Assembly (NCBI RefSeq): GCF_006345805.1
Contig: NC_043003.1
Location: 96,968,001-97,032,000 of the forward strand
Reading direction: 5' to 3'
Length of the DNA: 64,000 nucleotides
DNA from: Octopus sinensis
Taxonomy: Eukaryota
Shown here: in pieces, positions 26,741 through 37,899 of the stretch
Position numbering within the stretch: position 1 is the first letter of the stretch
Layout of the letters: each line of letters begins with the position of its first letter
Notes under the pieces: generated by a model
Databases searched by the model: none
Told to the model about the DNA's origin: nothing
The model's input: only the letters and a program-made list of their open reading frames with translations
Translations under genes and position numbers: made by a program

Positions 26741-28162
26741 TTATATCAGTGGTTCGGTTTTTTCTTGTTCTTCTAACTCTTTTTCTGGGCCTCGTGGGGG
26801 AGTCTGACGTAGGCCCTCGAATATATGTGGAGATGTCACATCCAATCTAAGTGGGCCTACGTCATGGAAGAATTCTGACTTTATCCGCCCGTAATCCTTC
26901 CGGCCTATTCTGTAAATTACAAAGTCGTTTTTTTTCACTACTTTCTCCACTTTGGCCATGGCTGCCAACACGTTTCCGAGCCTGCTATTTGCTGCCTTTA
27001 CGGCCATATATGAGTTCATTGACTCTTTTTTCTTTTTTAAAATTACTCTGGGAGGGGTGGTTTCCGTTTTTCTTTTTTTTTTTTTTTTTTTGCCCACCCC
27101 TCCTCATTTATCTTTTCCTCGCTCTTTTTTTCCTCCGCCGCTGGTTCTGCTGTCACCGTCACCTCCACACCTTCAGTCTTCCCTTCTGGGCCGTCCGACG
27201 CTGCTTCTGGTGACACATTATCTTCTTTTTCTTTTGGCTTAGGTGCTTCCTGCGGTTTGGGTTGGGGTTGGCATTCCGCCCTTACATGACCCTTCTTGCC
27301 GCAGCCGAAGCACCTCGGCTTCCTGCCCTCCACGAAAACTGTTATTTTCTCGTCTTCACTAATCTTTACCGTTTCTGGAATTTCTTCCAGTGTTTGCACC
27401 TCCGCCTGAATGGCTATCACTATTTTTGCCCTTTCCAAAACTCCTCTTCCTCCACTGTGGCCTGGAGGATGTTTATTTTTCCTCCAGACCTACCATCACT
27501 GCTGCCACCAGACATTCAGCATCTGCCTCTGGCGGTATGTTGTTCATTGAAATTTTCGACGTCCTTTTTCCTTTTACAATGGTAGTAAGACAATGTTTTC
27601 CGCTTTGATTGGCTCCATCGATAGTTTCTTCGCTATCTCCTCCGTAGTAAAACGCACCTCCACTGTGCCGTATCTTTTTCCTCTGTTTATATACGTTATT
27701 TTATCCATAAAAGGTTTTAGACTAAACTCTATTTTTTTTTTCTTCGATTTTTTGGATCATTTTTTTCGTTGTGTCGTAAGTTTTATATATTATTCTTTTT
27801 TTTTCTATATCGTCATGTATTTGTATGTTTGTGGCCACAGTCACTTCTGTGCCTTCTTTTTTTACACAGTCTGCAAATTTTTTCAAATTTTCTATATTTA
27901 TTTTTTTGATCTTTTTCCCAGCCACTTCAGCGAATTTTTTTGCTGGAGTTGATGCTGGTACTGGTTTTTCCATTTTTTTGGGCGACGCCGCCTCTTTTTT
28001 TCTTGGCGACAACGCCTCTTTTTTTCCTGGCGACAACGCCTCTTTTTTACTTGGCGACAACGCCTCTTTTTTTCTTGGCGACAACGCGTCTTTTTTACTT
28101 GGCGACAACGCCGGGTATTCATCCTCGCTCGTCACGGGCGAATAAGAGATGGGGGACTCCAT
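26741..28162 (-). pseudogene. Tx1 ORF1 (gag-like, zinc knuckle), frameshifted
   Basis: ATG at 28162; ALSPxKKE repeats; RGKRYGTVEVRF; VEGRKPRCFGCGKKGHVRAEC (CX2CX4HX4C); stop TAA at 26741-26743. Confidence 0.85.
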
Positions 28163-28390
28163 CTTGAACAAATGGCTTTAACAAGCCTTTGGTAAATCCA
28201 AATTAATTGTAGTTTTCCCCCACTGAGGGGGGAACACCAACGCGAAGTCTTCGCGCGAAGGCTGACTTCGTCAGTTAGACAACAATAGACAAAACAGGTA
28301 GACCAACAGTATATAATAACAGAGATAATAGTACGAGAGCAAAATTATATCAACTTACTAATAACGCAAAAAATTGATTTCCGCCGTGAG

Positions 28391-30177
28391 ATTTTATTAT
28401 TACCCACAAGGGGCGAACATAGAGGGGACAATACAATCGGGGAACTTAAATTAAGAAAGCGAATGACAAGAAAAGGAAAAAATAAAAGTAAAAAATGACA
28501 TATGAAAGAATATTTACAATGAGATGTAAATGCCCACTCGATCCCCGGAATCGAGAGGTTACATTTTCGTCACATATATTTCACAATATTTTCTTTTTTC
28601 TCTTCTTTCTTCTCTCTCTTCTCACAATTCTATACGTATTCCATAATAGTTTTCAATTCTCTAAAGTCAATCACTGAGCCCTCAGGCAGCCGCTCTCTCA
28701 CTCGAACACTCGTGTAAAACGTTACACTCTCTCCGGCAGCTCTGAGGAACTCAGCGACTCTTTCTTCGGGGATTAGAGCAGTCTCCTGCCACTGATCGGT
28801 CATCCTGTTGACCCATATATGTCCCTCCGTATTGCATGTCAATTCTTTCATTTCAGGGCAGAAATGGAAGGTTACTAACTTGTAGAAGCCGTGATTTTGT
28901 TTCCGTCCTACGTTTTCCCTCGTTTTTCTTTTCGGGCTTATTTCTTCCTTGTTCTCCTCTCTTTGTTTCTCTCTTTCTCTCTTTTTGCCTTCTTTTCTTT
29001 CTTCTTCCTTCTCTTGTCTTTTTGGTTCTTTGTCTGTTCTCTCTTTCTCTCGTGTTTTATGTTCCTTTTCTTTTTCTTTTTGTGTGCCGTCTTTTCTTTT
29101 CGTTTGATTCTGATCTCTCTCTTGTTTTTTTCCTGTTGTTTCTTTTTCCTTTTTTTTTCCTGACTCTGTTTTGGTTCTATTTCTTTCTTTTCTTTTATTT
29201 CTTTTTCCTTCATTGACTTATTATTTCCTTTCTCTTGTTGTTTTGTTTCCTTTTCTATGTTTTCTTTTTCATTTACCGTATTCTTCTTGTCTTCAAGTTC
29301 CTGCTCGCACTCCGCTACGAATTCGTATAACGGGCACTCTTTTTTAATGTGCCCCCTTGTCCCGCACAAGTAGCAGTTTGGCTTTCTTCCCTCTACAATT
29401 ACACTGAGGGTTTTCTCATCTTCAATTTCTATTCTATAGGGGAACCTTTCAATGTCCTCTTTTGTGGCCATCAAACACAGTTCTACCCCATATCCTCTCC
29501 AGTTTACCGCGTTGGACTCCTTAAAGGATTCCACCTCCACGTCCTCTTCTGCTGCTCCTAGAATAGCTGTTGCCAGCCATTCTGTTTTCACTTCTGGGGG
29601 TATATTCGGGATTTTAACCCGGACCCCTCTTCTTCCCTTGTATGAGGGCCACATTATAAATGTTTCCGCTCTTAGTACAGTGGTAGCCAGTGAGGCTGCA
29701 ATTTCTTCCGTTGCACATCTCACCTCCACCGTACCAAATTTCTTGCCTCTACTCACGTAGGTCGATTTCCCCATTATGTCTCCCAGACATTTTTCGATTT
29801 CTGCTATCTCCACTCTTGCCAGTTTCTTTGTATTTTTGTCTTGGGTTCTATATGTTACAGTCTTGTTTTCTTTGTCCTCTTTTGCTTTCGCGGGGGGGGA
29901 TTAGCTTCACGCTATCACCCTCCCTTTTGAATAGCTTTTCATATTCTTTGAGTTTACTCTTCTCAAAGAAAACATCCTTCACGATTACCGAGAAATCATT
30001 ATTTTTCTTTCCCGTGACCCCCGCGTAAGTCGCCATGACTAGAGGGTCAATTCACCTTCTTCGGAAGGTTTCCACACGTGGAGGCAAACGCCTCGCGCGA
30101 TATTAATCACTTTACACAACAAAATTTCAACGTCTAATCACAGATAACAACACACTTGGGTAAATTTCCGCCGTGAG
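28391..30177 (-). mobile_element. ORF1-only (HAL1-like) non-autonomous Tx1 partner, about 1.8 kb
   Basis: ORF1 from ATG 30036 (MATYAGVTGKK), RGKKFGTVEVRC, VEGRKPNCYLCGTRGHIKKEC, a Lys/Glu-rich tract and a C-terminal piece ending at 28630. No EN or RT. The 3' terminal 48 nt are 47/48 identical to the full-length element. Confidence 0.85.
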
Positions 30178-30973
30178 TTCAAATCTTCTTTTTTCTCTAC
30201 ATTGTATACTTTATAGACAATAGTCTTTTCTCTAATTTATTTTTTTATTATCCATCTGGACTATTCCATCTCTGCACGCTAATTTTATTTTTAATTTATT
30301 CCTATTCATGTGAAACCACTTATTCAAGTTCAAGTCATTGATGCAATTTTATACCAATAGCTATTTTTACCTTTGTTATGTTACGATTATATTATACTTT
30401 AGTTTGATTTTAATTATTACTTACTACACATAATTCAATTGTTATTATTATTTTTATTGTTAAAGTGAAAGTATCTGACATAAAATAAACGTTTTTGTTT
30501 CACTTTTAACACGTAATACTGAAATATTGGAGAAGATATGATATTGCTATGGGCTCGCTCTAGGCAAGAAGTTGAACATTTTTTTGCCGATGACACTCCC
30601 CGGACCCTAAGTAAGGCATGTGTAAAATTTGAATGAAATTGGTTGTGTAGTTCTCAAGTTTTAGGGAAACACACAGACAGACAGACAGACAGACAGACAC
30701 ACATTCTCAGTTTTATATATATATATAGATATATATATAGATATACTTTAAAGTTTCTTCCCCTTTAGTGAATCGAACTACGCTGAATAAATTTAACTCA
30801 GTGTTCACCTAAAGTTTTATAAGTGTGATAGAGCGATGCTTCAACTTGCAATCTGTTTCATAATCACATGAAGTAAATAGACATAGGAAGTAGTCTTAAC
30901 CACATAAAATTAATAGCTTCTACAAATTAGCTTCGCCAGGATGAATCATCTATATCTTTATATATATAAGTGA

Positions 30974-31290
30974 GGGCGCGTGGCTTAGTGGTTAGGGCAT
31001 TCGGCTCATGATCGTAAGGTTGTGAGTTCGATTCCCGGCGACGCGTTGTGTCCTTGAGCAAGACACTTTATTTCACGTTGCTCCAGTCCACTCAGCTGGC
31101 AAAAATGAGTTGTACTTGTATTTCAAAGGGTCAGCCTTGTCACTCTCTGTGTCACGCTGATTATCCCCGAGAACTACGTTAAGGGTACACGTGTCTGTGG
31201 AATGCTCAGCCATTTGCACGTTAATTTCACGAGCAAGCTGTTCCGTTGATCGTATCAGCTGGGACCCTCGTCGTCGTAACCGGCGGAGTC
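30974..31290 (+). mobile_element. tRNA-derived SINE (third family)
   Basis: tggcttagtggtt A box, gagttcgattc B box, CORE-like gtgtccttgagcaagacactt and a central ctccagtccactcagctg. Confidence 0.85.
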
Positions 31291-31294
31291 TTTT

Positions 31295-32424
31295 TATATA
31301 TATAAAACTGAGAATGTGTGTGTGTCTGTCTGTCTGTCTGTGTGTTTCCCTAAAACTTGAGAACTACACAACCAATTTCATTTTTTAACTTTTTGCCTAG
31401 GGCGAGCCCACAGCAATATCATATCTTCTCCACTACGATTCCCTAAAACTTGAGAACTACACAACCAATTTCATTCAAATTTTGCACATGCCTTATTTAT
31501 GTAACGAAATAAAAAAAATGTTCAACATCTTGCCTAGAGCGAGCCCATAGCAATATCATATCTTCTCCACTATTTCAGTATTACGTGTTAAAAGTGAAAC
31601 AAAAACATTTCTCTATTTTATGTCAGATACTTTCACTTTAACAATAAAAATAAGAATAACAATTGAATTATATGTAGTAAGTAATAATTAAAATCAAACT
31701 AAAGTATCATATAATCGTAACATAAAAAGAAAATAAAAATAGCAATTGGTATAAAATTGCATCAATGACTTGAACTTGAATAAGTGGTTTCCCATGAATG
31801 GGAATAAATTAAAAATAAAATTAGCGTGCAGAGATGGAATAGTCCAGATGGATAATAAAAAATTAAATTAAAGAAAAGACTATTGTCTATAAAGTATACA
31901 ATGTAGAGAAAAAAGAAGATTTGAACACATGGAGGAAAGGACCTTCAAAAAGTGTCTTGGTGCGACTATGAAAGACATCTAATCAGAGGCGATAAATTCG
32001 CCACAATAGAAGCAAGGTTCGAGTCAACGGAGCGTGCAAGGGAGTACTCGACTCGAACTTGCAAAGTGGAAATATTTCATTTTTACCTTTATATCTTGGA
32101 TGTAGGACGTCGCGGAAAAAAATTTTTAATGACCCCCCCCCACACACACCCCGAAGTAGAGGTAGGTTGGATTGTAGCCACACTTCTATACAAGAGGGAG
32201 GACAAGATACAATTGATCGAAATTACAAGAGACGGGCTAACAATTCCAGCCTGTTATATATTTTGAGTATTGTTATCACTAGCGATATCAAGATATAACC
32301 TTGTATTTTGTATTTTATGTGTAGATGTATATATATAGATGTACATGTAATATGTACACATATATATACACATATATACATGCACTAGCACTATGACCCG
32401 GCAACGACGGGTCTTTAATGCTAG
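31295..32424 (+). mobile_element. Non-autonomous Helitron, copy 2 (uninterrupted; empty site between 31925 and 31926)
   Basis: Same sequence as copy 1 in the opposite orientation. Hairpin at 32395-32413, CTAG at 32421-32424 followed by T. Internal duplication of the ~100-bp 5' part. Confidence 0.85.
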
Positions 32425-32425
32425 T

Positions 32426-32660
32426 ATATATATATATATATAACTAAGAATGTGTGTCAGTCTGTCTGTGTGAATCCTTAAAACTTGAGAACTACACAAC
32501 CAATTTCATTCAAATTTTACACATGCCTTACTTAGGGTCCATGTAGTGTTATGGGCAAAAGAAATGTTTAACTTCTTGCCTAGGGCAAGCCCACAGCAAT
32601 ATCACATCTTCTCCACTATTTCAGTATTACGTGTTAAAAGTGAAACCAAAATATCTCTCT
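32426..32660 (+). mobile_element. Further 5' Helitron fragment directly after copy 2 (another piece at ~33630-33720)
   Basis: taactaagaatgtgtgtcagtctgtctg...aaaacttgagaactacacaacc...tacgtgttaaaagtgaaa repeats the Helitron 5' part. Confidence 0.75.
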
Positions 32661-32679
32661 ATTGTATGTATACGGATGT

Positions 32680-33296
32680 ATATATATATACATCCATATA
32701 TATATAGATGTATATGTATACATGTATATGTATAGCTGTATATGTATACATGTATATGTATAGATGTATTTCTATAGATATACATGTATATGTAAACATG
32801 TATGTCTAGATGTATATATAGATGTACATGTAATATGTACACATATATATACATATATATATATACACGCATACATATATACACCCATACACCTCCCCAC
32901 ACACACATATACATAGGTGCAGGTGTGGCTGTGTGGTAACAAACTTGGTTCCAAAACACATGGACCTCAGTTCAGTCCCACTGTGTGGGAATTTGGCATG
33001 TGTCTTCTGCTATAGCCTCAGACAAACCAAAGCCTTATCAGTAGATTTTGTAGACAGAAACTAAAAGAAATCAATTGTATGTATATGTATGAATATATGT
33101 AAGTCTATGTGTGTGTCTTTGTGTTTCTCCCTCATCACTGCTTCACAATTGGTGCTCGTTTATTTACATCCCCATAACTTACTGGTTTCACAAGAAGAAA
33201 CTAATAGAATAAGTACCAGGCTTATCAAAATATAAAAAAAGCGCTACGAAGTGTCTCATATTTTTGTTTGCTCACTCAATTGTATCTATCAATTTA

Positions 33297-33341
<45 letters not shown>

Positions 33342-33361
33342 GTGTGTGTGTGTGTACATAC

Positions 33362-33429
<68 letters not shown>

Positions 33430-34230
33430 TGTGTGTGTGTGGATTTCGTGGACAGGAACTGAAACGATTCAATCGTATATATATGTATGTATATATGTAA
33501 GTGTATCTGTCTTGGTATTGGCAACATGAATGACAATGGTCAAAGACTACTTTGAATTTTGCACATACCATAACCTGTGCATCACCAACACATTCTTTGC
33601 CAACAAGACATCCCACAATTTGTAACTTCCTGCCTAGCGTGAGCCCACAGCTATATCATATCTTCTCCACTATTTCAGTCTTACGTGTTAAAAGTGAAAC
33701 AAAAACATCTCTCTATTGTATGTATGTGGATGTATGTATGTATGTATATACCGTAAAGGTTTTTTTAATATACTGCCACGCTTCCTGATGGAATTCTTTT
33801 CTGTAGAGAAAGGGGCTTCATCCTATATTTGTTAGAAGTAAACTCATCACTGCTTGCTTACAGGGGACTGGTAATTATTACAATATGTAGCGGCGAAAAG
33901 TCAACAGGTTGTTCTGAGACTAACCAAGGAATTTTTATTTTTAGATATAAATGATGTACTTAAATGTAGTTATGTTTTTAGCTTCTGCTTTTTCCATAAA
34001 CGCATGTGAGTATTTTATTTATATTACCTCGTAAGCTCTACTGACGAAGAATGTATCCTTTATAGGATTAATTCCGAAATTGATTCAATATAGAGATAAC
34101 GAAATTTAAATTTTCTAAAGGTTAGTTGCCTGATTTTTCAGTTCAATTTTCCCTGTAGCAAGTGGATTATAAGCGGATAACCAGTATATTGGCTTTAGAA
34201 ATATTTTCTTTAGCCCTTTATTATTAGATG

Positions 34231-34273
<43 letters not shown>

Positions 34274-34830
34274 GGAGATATACATGTATATATATATATA
34301 GCCATATATGTATAGATGTATTTCTATAGATATACATGTATGTGTATACATGTATGTCTAGATGTATATATATATATAGATGTACATGTAATATGTACAC
34401 ATATATATATACACATATATATATGCATACATATATACACCCATACACACATACACACACACACCCTCACACACACACATACATAAGTGCAGGTGTGGCT
34501 GTGTGGTAACAAACTTGGTTCCAAAACAGATGGTCCTCAGTTCAGTCCCACTGTGTGGGAACTTGGCATGTGTCTTCTGTTATAGCCTCAGACCAACCAA
34601 AGCCTGGTCCGTGGATTTTGTAGACAGAAACTAAAAGAAATCAATTGTATGTATATGTATGTATATATGTAAGTCTATGTGTGTGTCTTTGTGTTTCTCC
34701 CTCATCACTGGTTTACAATTGGTGTTCGTTTATTTACATCCCCATAACTATAAAAAAAGCACTACGAAGTGTCTCATATTTTTGTTTGCCCACTCAGTTG
34801 TATCTATCAATTTATCTTTGTGTGTGTGTG
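32680..34830. repeat. Direct duplication (period ~1.55 kb) of a microsatellite plus degenerate SINE block
   Basis: 32680-33300 matches 34290-34830 (gcaggtgtggctgtgtggtaacaaacttggttccaaaac...gtgtctcatatttttgtttgc). Confidence 0.85.
34036..34095 (+). ncRNA. Type I hammerhead ribozyme motif
   Basis: Stem I CUCUA/UAGAG; CUGACGA at 34041-34047; stem II GAAU..AUCCU-UUAU-AGGAU..AUUC with an A.C first pair; GAAA at 34076-34079; stem III UUG-AUU-CAA; AUA triplet. Confidence 0.65.
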
Positions 34831-34945
34831 TGTGTATGTGTGTGTGTTTGTGTATGTGTATCTGTGTATACATATATATATATATACATATATGTATACA
34901 CACACACACACACGCACGCACGCACACACACACACACACACACAC

Positions 34946-35016
<71 letters not shown>

Positions 35017-35489
35017 CATAGTTCTTGAACCGGTACTTCAGGTAACTGACTGCTTATTGTGATCATTCGTCTTTTGGTTTCCTGTAGCCTTGCTCTCTTT
35101 TACAAACCCAGTGAACATATATTTCCTATTTCAAAGAAATTCAAACAATAGATATAAGACCCAAGTTAAAAAGATTTTCAACAATTCAACTTCTCTGGTT
35201 GACATTAAGATGCCCGCCCCCAACAGGGGCCTTAACTCTAACATTTTAGAGCTCCATGACCTTCATTTTTTAGGAGCAAAATCTTTTTAACAGGTTCAAT
35301 GACACTGGAATTTTGTCGAATATGCGCATAAAAATCAGTAGTATGGGATACATGTGGCACGATTACAAATTTTTTAGGGTGTGTAAAGAGGGAAATAACC
35401 CTCTTCTACAATTTTGATGAAATTCGAAACATAGATATTCCAGTTCATTACAGAAAATACAACAGAAAAGTCTAATTCTTCAATTGAAT

Positions 35490-35521
35490 GTAATCGAGCA
35501 ACGCCGGGTATCTCTGCTAGT
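35490..35521 (+). mobile_element. Isolated Helitron-like 3' terminus of another family
   Basis: cgagcaacgccgggtatctctgCTAGt: degenerate GC hairpin followed by CTAG|T. Confidence 0.4.
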
Positions 35522-37899
35522 TACTCATAAATATGTGTTTATTAATTAAACATTCTAACTGTATTTGCAAAATAAATTTATATTCTGCAAGGGGTTGTTT
35601 CCTTAACATCATATTAGAAACACATAGTCTAATTGTTGACAATGTTCCGATTTCATTTCTAGTCATCCATCTCACTAATGTACTTATTTACATTGTCTGA
35701 ATCAGTATGTAGTCAGGGACTGTAATAGATTTATTTTACTTTCACCAGAAAACAAAATGTACAGTTCTTTTACGATGAGAAATGTCTGATATAGCTTTTA
35801 TTTAAATGATGTACTGCTGATTTGTAATTCATTTGTAAATATTTGTCATTCTGATTAATGGCGAAATTTTCCAACCTATATTAATGTTTTGTTGTGCATT
35901 TTCAAACTTTTAATGTGAGGCAGAGGCAGAAATCTTTAATTTTTTTTCGACTCGTCTCAGAACTATGGCCGAATGGTTTAGACGTTTGCATTACAAACAT
36001 TCGATAGTAAATACTATAATAATAAATGACGGGCAAATGTCATTTACTATAGCTTCAGTTTGCCTATATCTTCTGAGTGAAACTAGGTAGATGGAAACTA
36101 AATACGAATCAGTCGAGTGTACTGTGCTTGTAATTCAAAATGTATGGCCTTGTGACTAACTGTATCACACCGATTTTGCATGAGAATTAAGAGTGCACGT
36201 GTATACGGAATGCTCAACCATTTATGCATTAATCCCGGAGCAAGTTAGTTATTCAGCTGATGGGGCAACTGAATACTCAACGTCGAACGACAGAGATCCA
36301 CAACCACAATACAATAACGAGAAAGTCTTTAATTGCTCGGTTGAAATAGCAAGCAAGTTCCCCTTAAATTACTCACTACCTTCTTAAGAAAAGGAAGAAC
36401 ACATTCGATAATACAGTCCGAGTCACATTAATTTCTGATAATAAAATAAACGGAATGGCTATGGTTGGAATGTTTTTCAGTATTGGTCTCTTGCATCCGG
36501 TCTTACTTAAGGATAACCGGCAACGATCATATTTTAAATAAAATTAATAATGATGTTGATGATCCAAAAATATTTTTATTTCTACGTAACTGCATTTATA
36601 TCACTTTATATCAACTTGATTTTTAACACAATTCAGTCGATTTCTTTAATGCCCTCAAGTAATAAAACAAATATGGGGAACATGACATTAACTTTGAAAT
36701 TATAGTAATGGATATAAATTAACTATAGTAAAACAAACCAATATTATAAACAACGGAAAGAATGATAAAAAAACGTACACGAAAAGAAAGGACGGTTAGA
36801 AATTGGCAGTGATGTAATGTCTACGAAATAGAAATTTTAATGTTGACGGTAAATTCTTGTATTGACAAAAATTCCGATGCAATTGAATTGGGCTGTTGAA
36901 TATGTAATTAAAATTTCTTTGCAAATAAAATTTCAGCATCTAAGAGCGTATTATAATTAGATAAGCAGTGGATTTTTAAAAGTTATTTACGATACTTTTT
37001 TTTAGTATATTTTTGGAAAATAATAAACTTTTTTTTTTTACATAGTTTCCAAACGTGTGAACATTCATTATTTATTGTCTGGAGGTAAAGATAAATTTCC
37101 TTTCAAATTGAAGTAATACTCATCAGCTTTATCAGCTACATTTATCACGCCACCTCTTAACAATTATTACAATAAATACTCATTATCGCCGAAAGATTAT
37201 CAAGAACAAAAACAAAGAAAATAGAAGTGAGAGAAAGGTACAAGAAATAAAGTGTGTGTATGTGTGTGAGAGAGTGAGAGAGAGAGAGCATGAAAGAAAT
37301 ATATATGGGTAAACGAAAATGATGAAAGCGTCAAGAAACATAATTAAAGATTAGAAGAAATACTAAATAGTATAAACTACTTGTTTATTATCAGTGTTTT
37401 GTTTTAATGCTTCTACAGAATATGCCTTTAGATTTTAGCCAGCATATTCTGCATAGACTGATATAAAACCCTTCTGTGTGTGCGCGCGAGCGCGTGTGTG
37501 CATGCATACGTGACTGCACACACGTATAATGTCTCCTTGGGCTGAAAAAAGGATTATTCGCAAGACTAATTTCAACCCTGTGCTGCTGCTTTGGAATTTC
37601 ATTAACAGCCAAGTATCCTCTTCAAGTGTCCACTGTATATAACCCTAGTGTTACTGAGGCGTGGTACAGCTTAGCCACAGAAGTAAAATTCCATAACTGA
37701 GAGATCTTTCACGTGTAATCAAGTAATATACATAACACCTACAAAAAGCATCTATCCATAGATATAGCAGATGCAGAAAATACGCATACCATTCGTATAA
37801 CCAGAATAGAAGGAAGTGATAGTGGAGTGAGTCGCCGTGTTTGTCCACGAACATGAAATGCCTTCCTGGAAGGAAGGTGTGTAGCGTGTGATCGCCGCA

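Larger units (their letters stand above)
23097..28390 (-). mobile_element. Tx1-clade non-LTR retrotransposon, near full length (5294 bp)
   Basis: 5' UTR, ORF1 with CCHC knuckle, ORF2 with APE endonuclease, RT and zinc-binding C-terminus, and a 3' UTR ending gggtaataataaaat. Confidence 0.92.
22613..30729 (-). mobile_element. Non-autonomous Helitron, copy 1 (about 1.04 kb), interrupted by a 7081-bp insertion
   Basis: On the minus strand it reads A|TCtatatat..aaaactgagaatgtg(tctg)n ... GACCCG-gcaacga-CGGGTC hairpin (22624-22642), 7 nt, then CTAG|T (22613-22616). These are canonical Helitron termini in an AT target with no TSD. Confidence 0.85.

Noticed and set aside
27975-28111. Regularly spaced 24-bp repeats as a CRISPR-like array
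   Set aside because: There are no unique spacers, the repeat is in frame in ORF1, and the context is eukaryotic.
28255-28275. CUGACGA in the Tx1 5' UTR as a hammerhead core
   Set aside because: No GAAA or stem III follows. It is part of a simple ctgac-gaa-gtcag hairpin.
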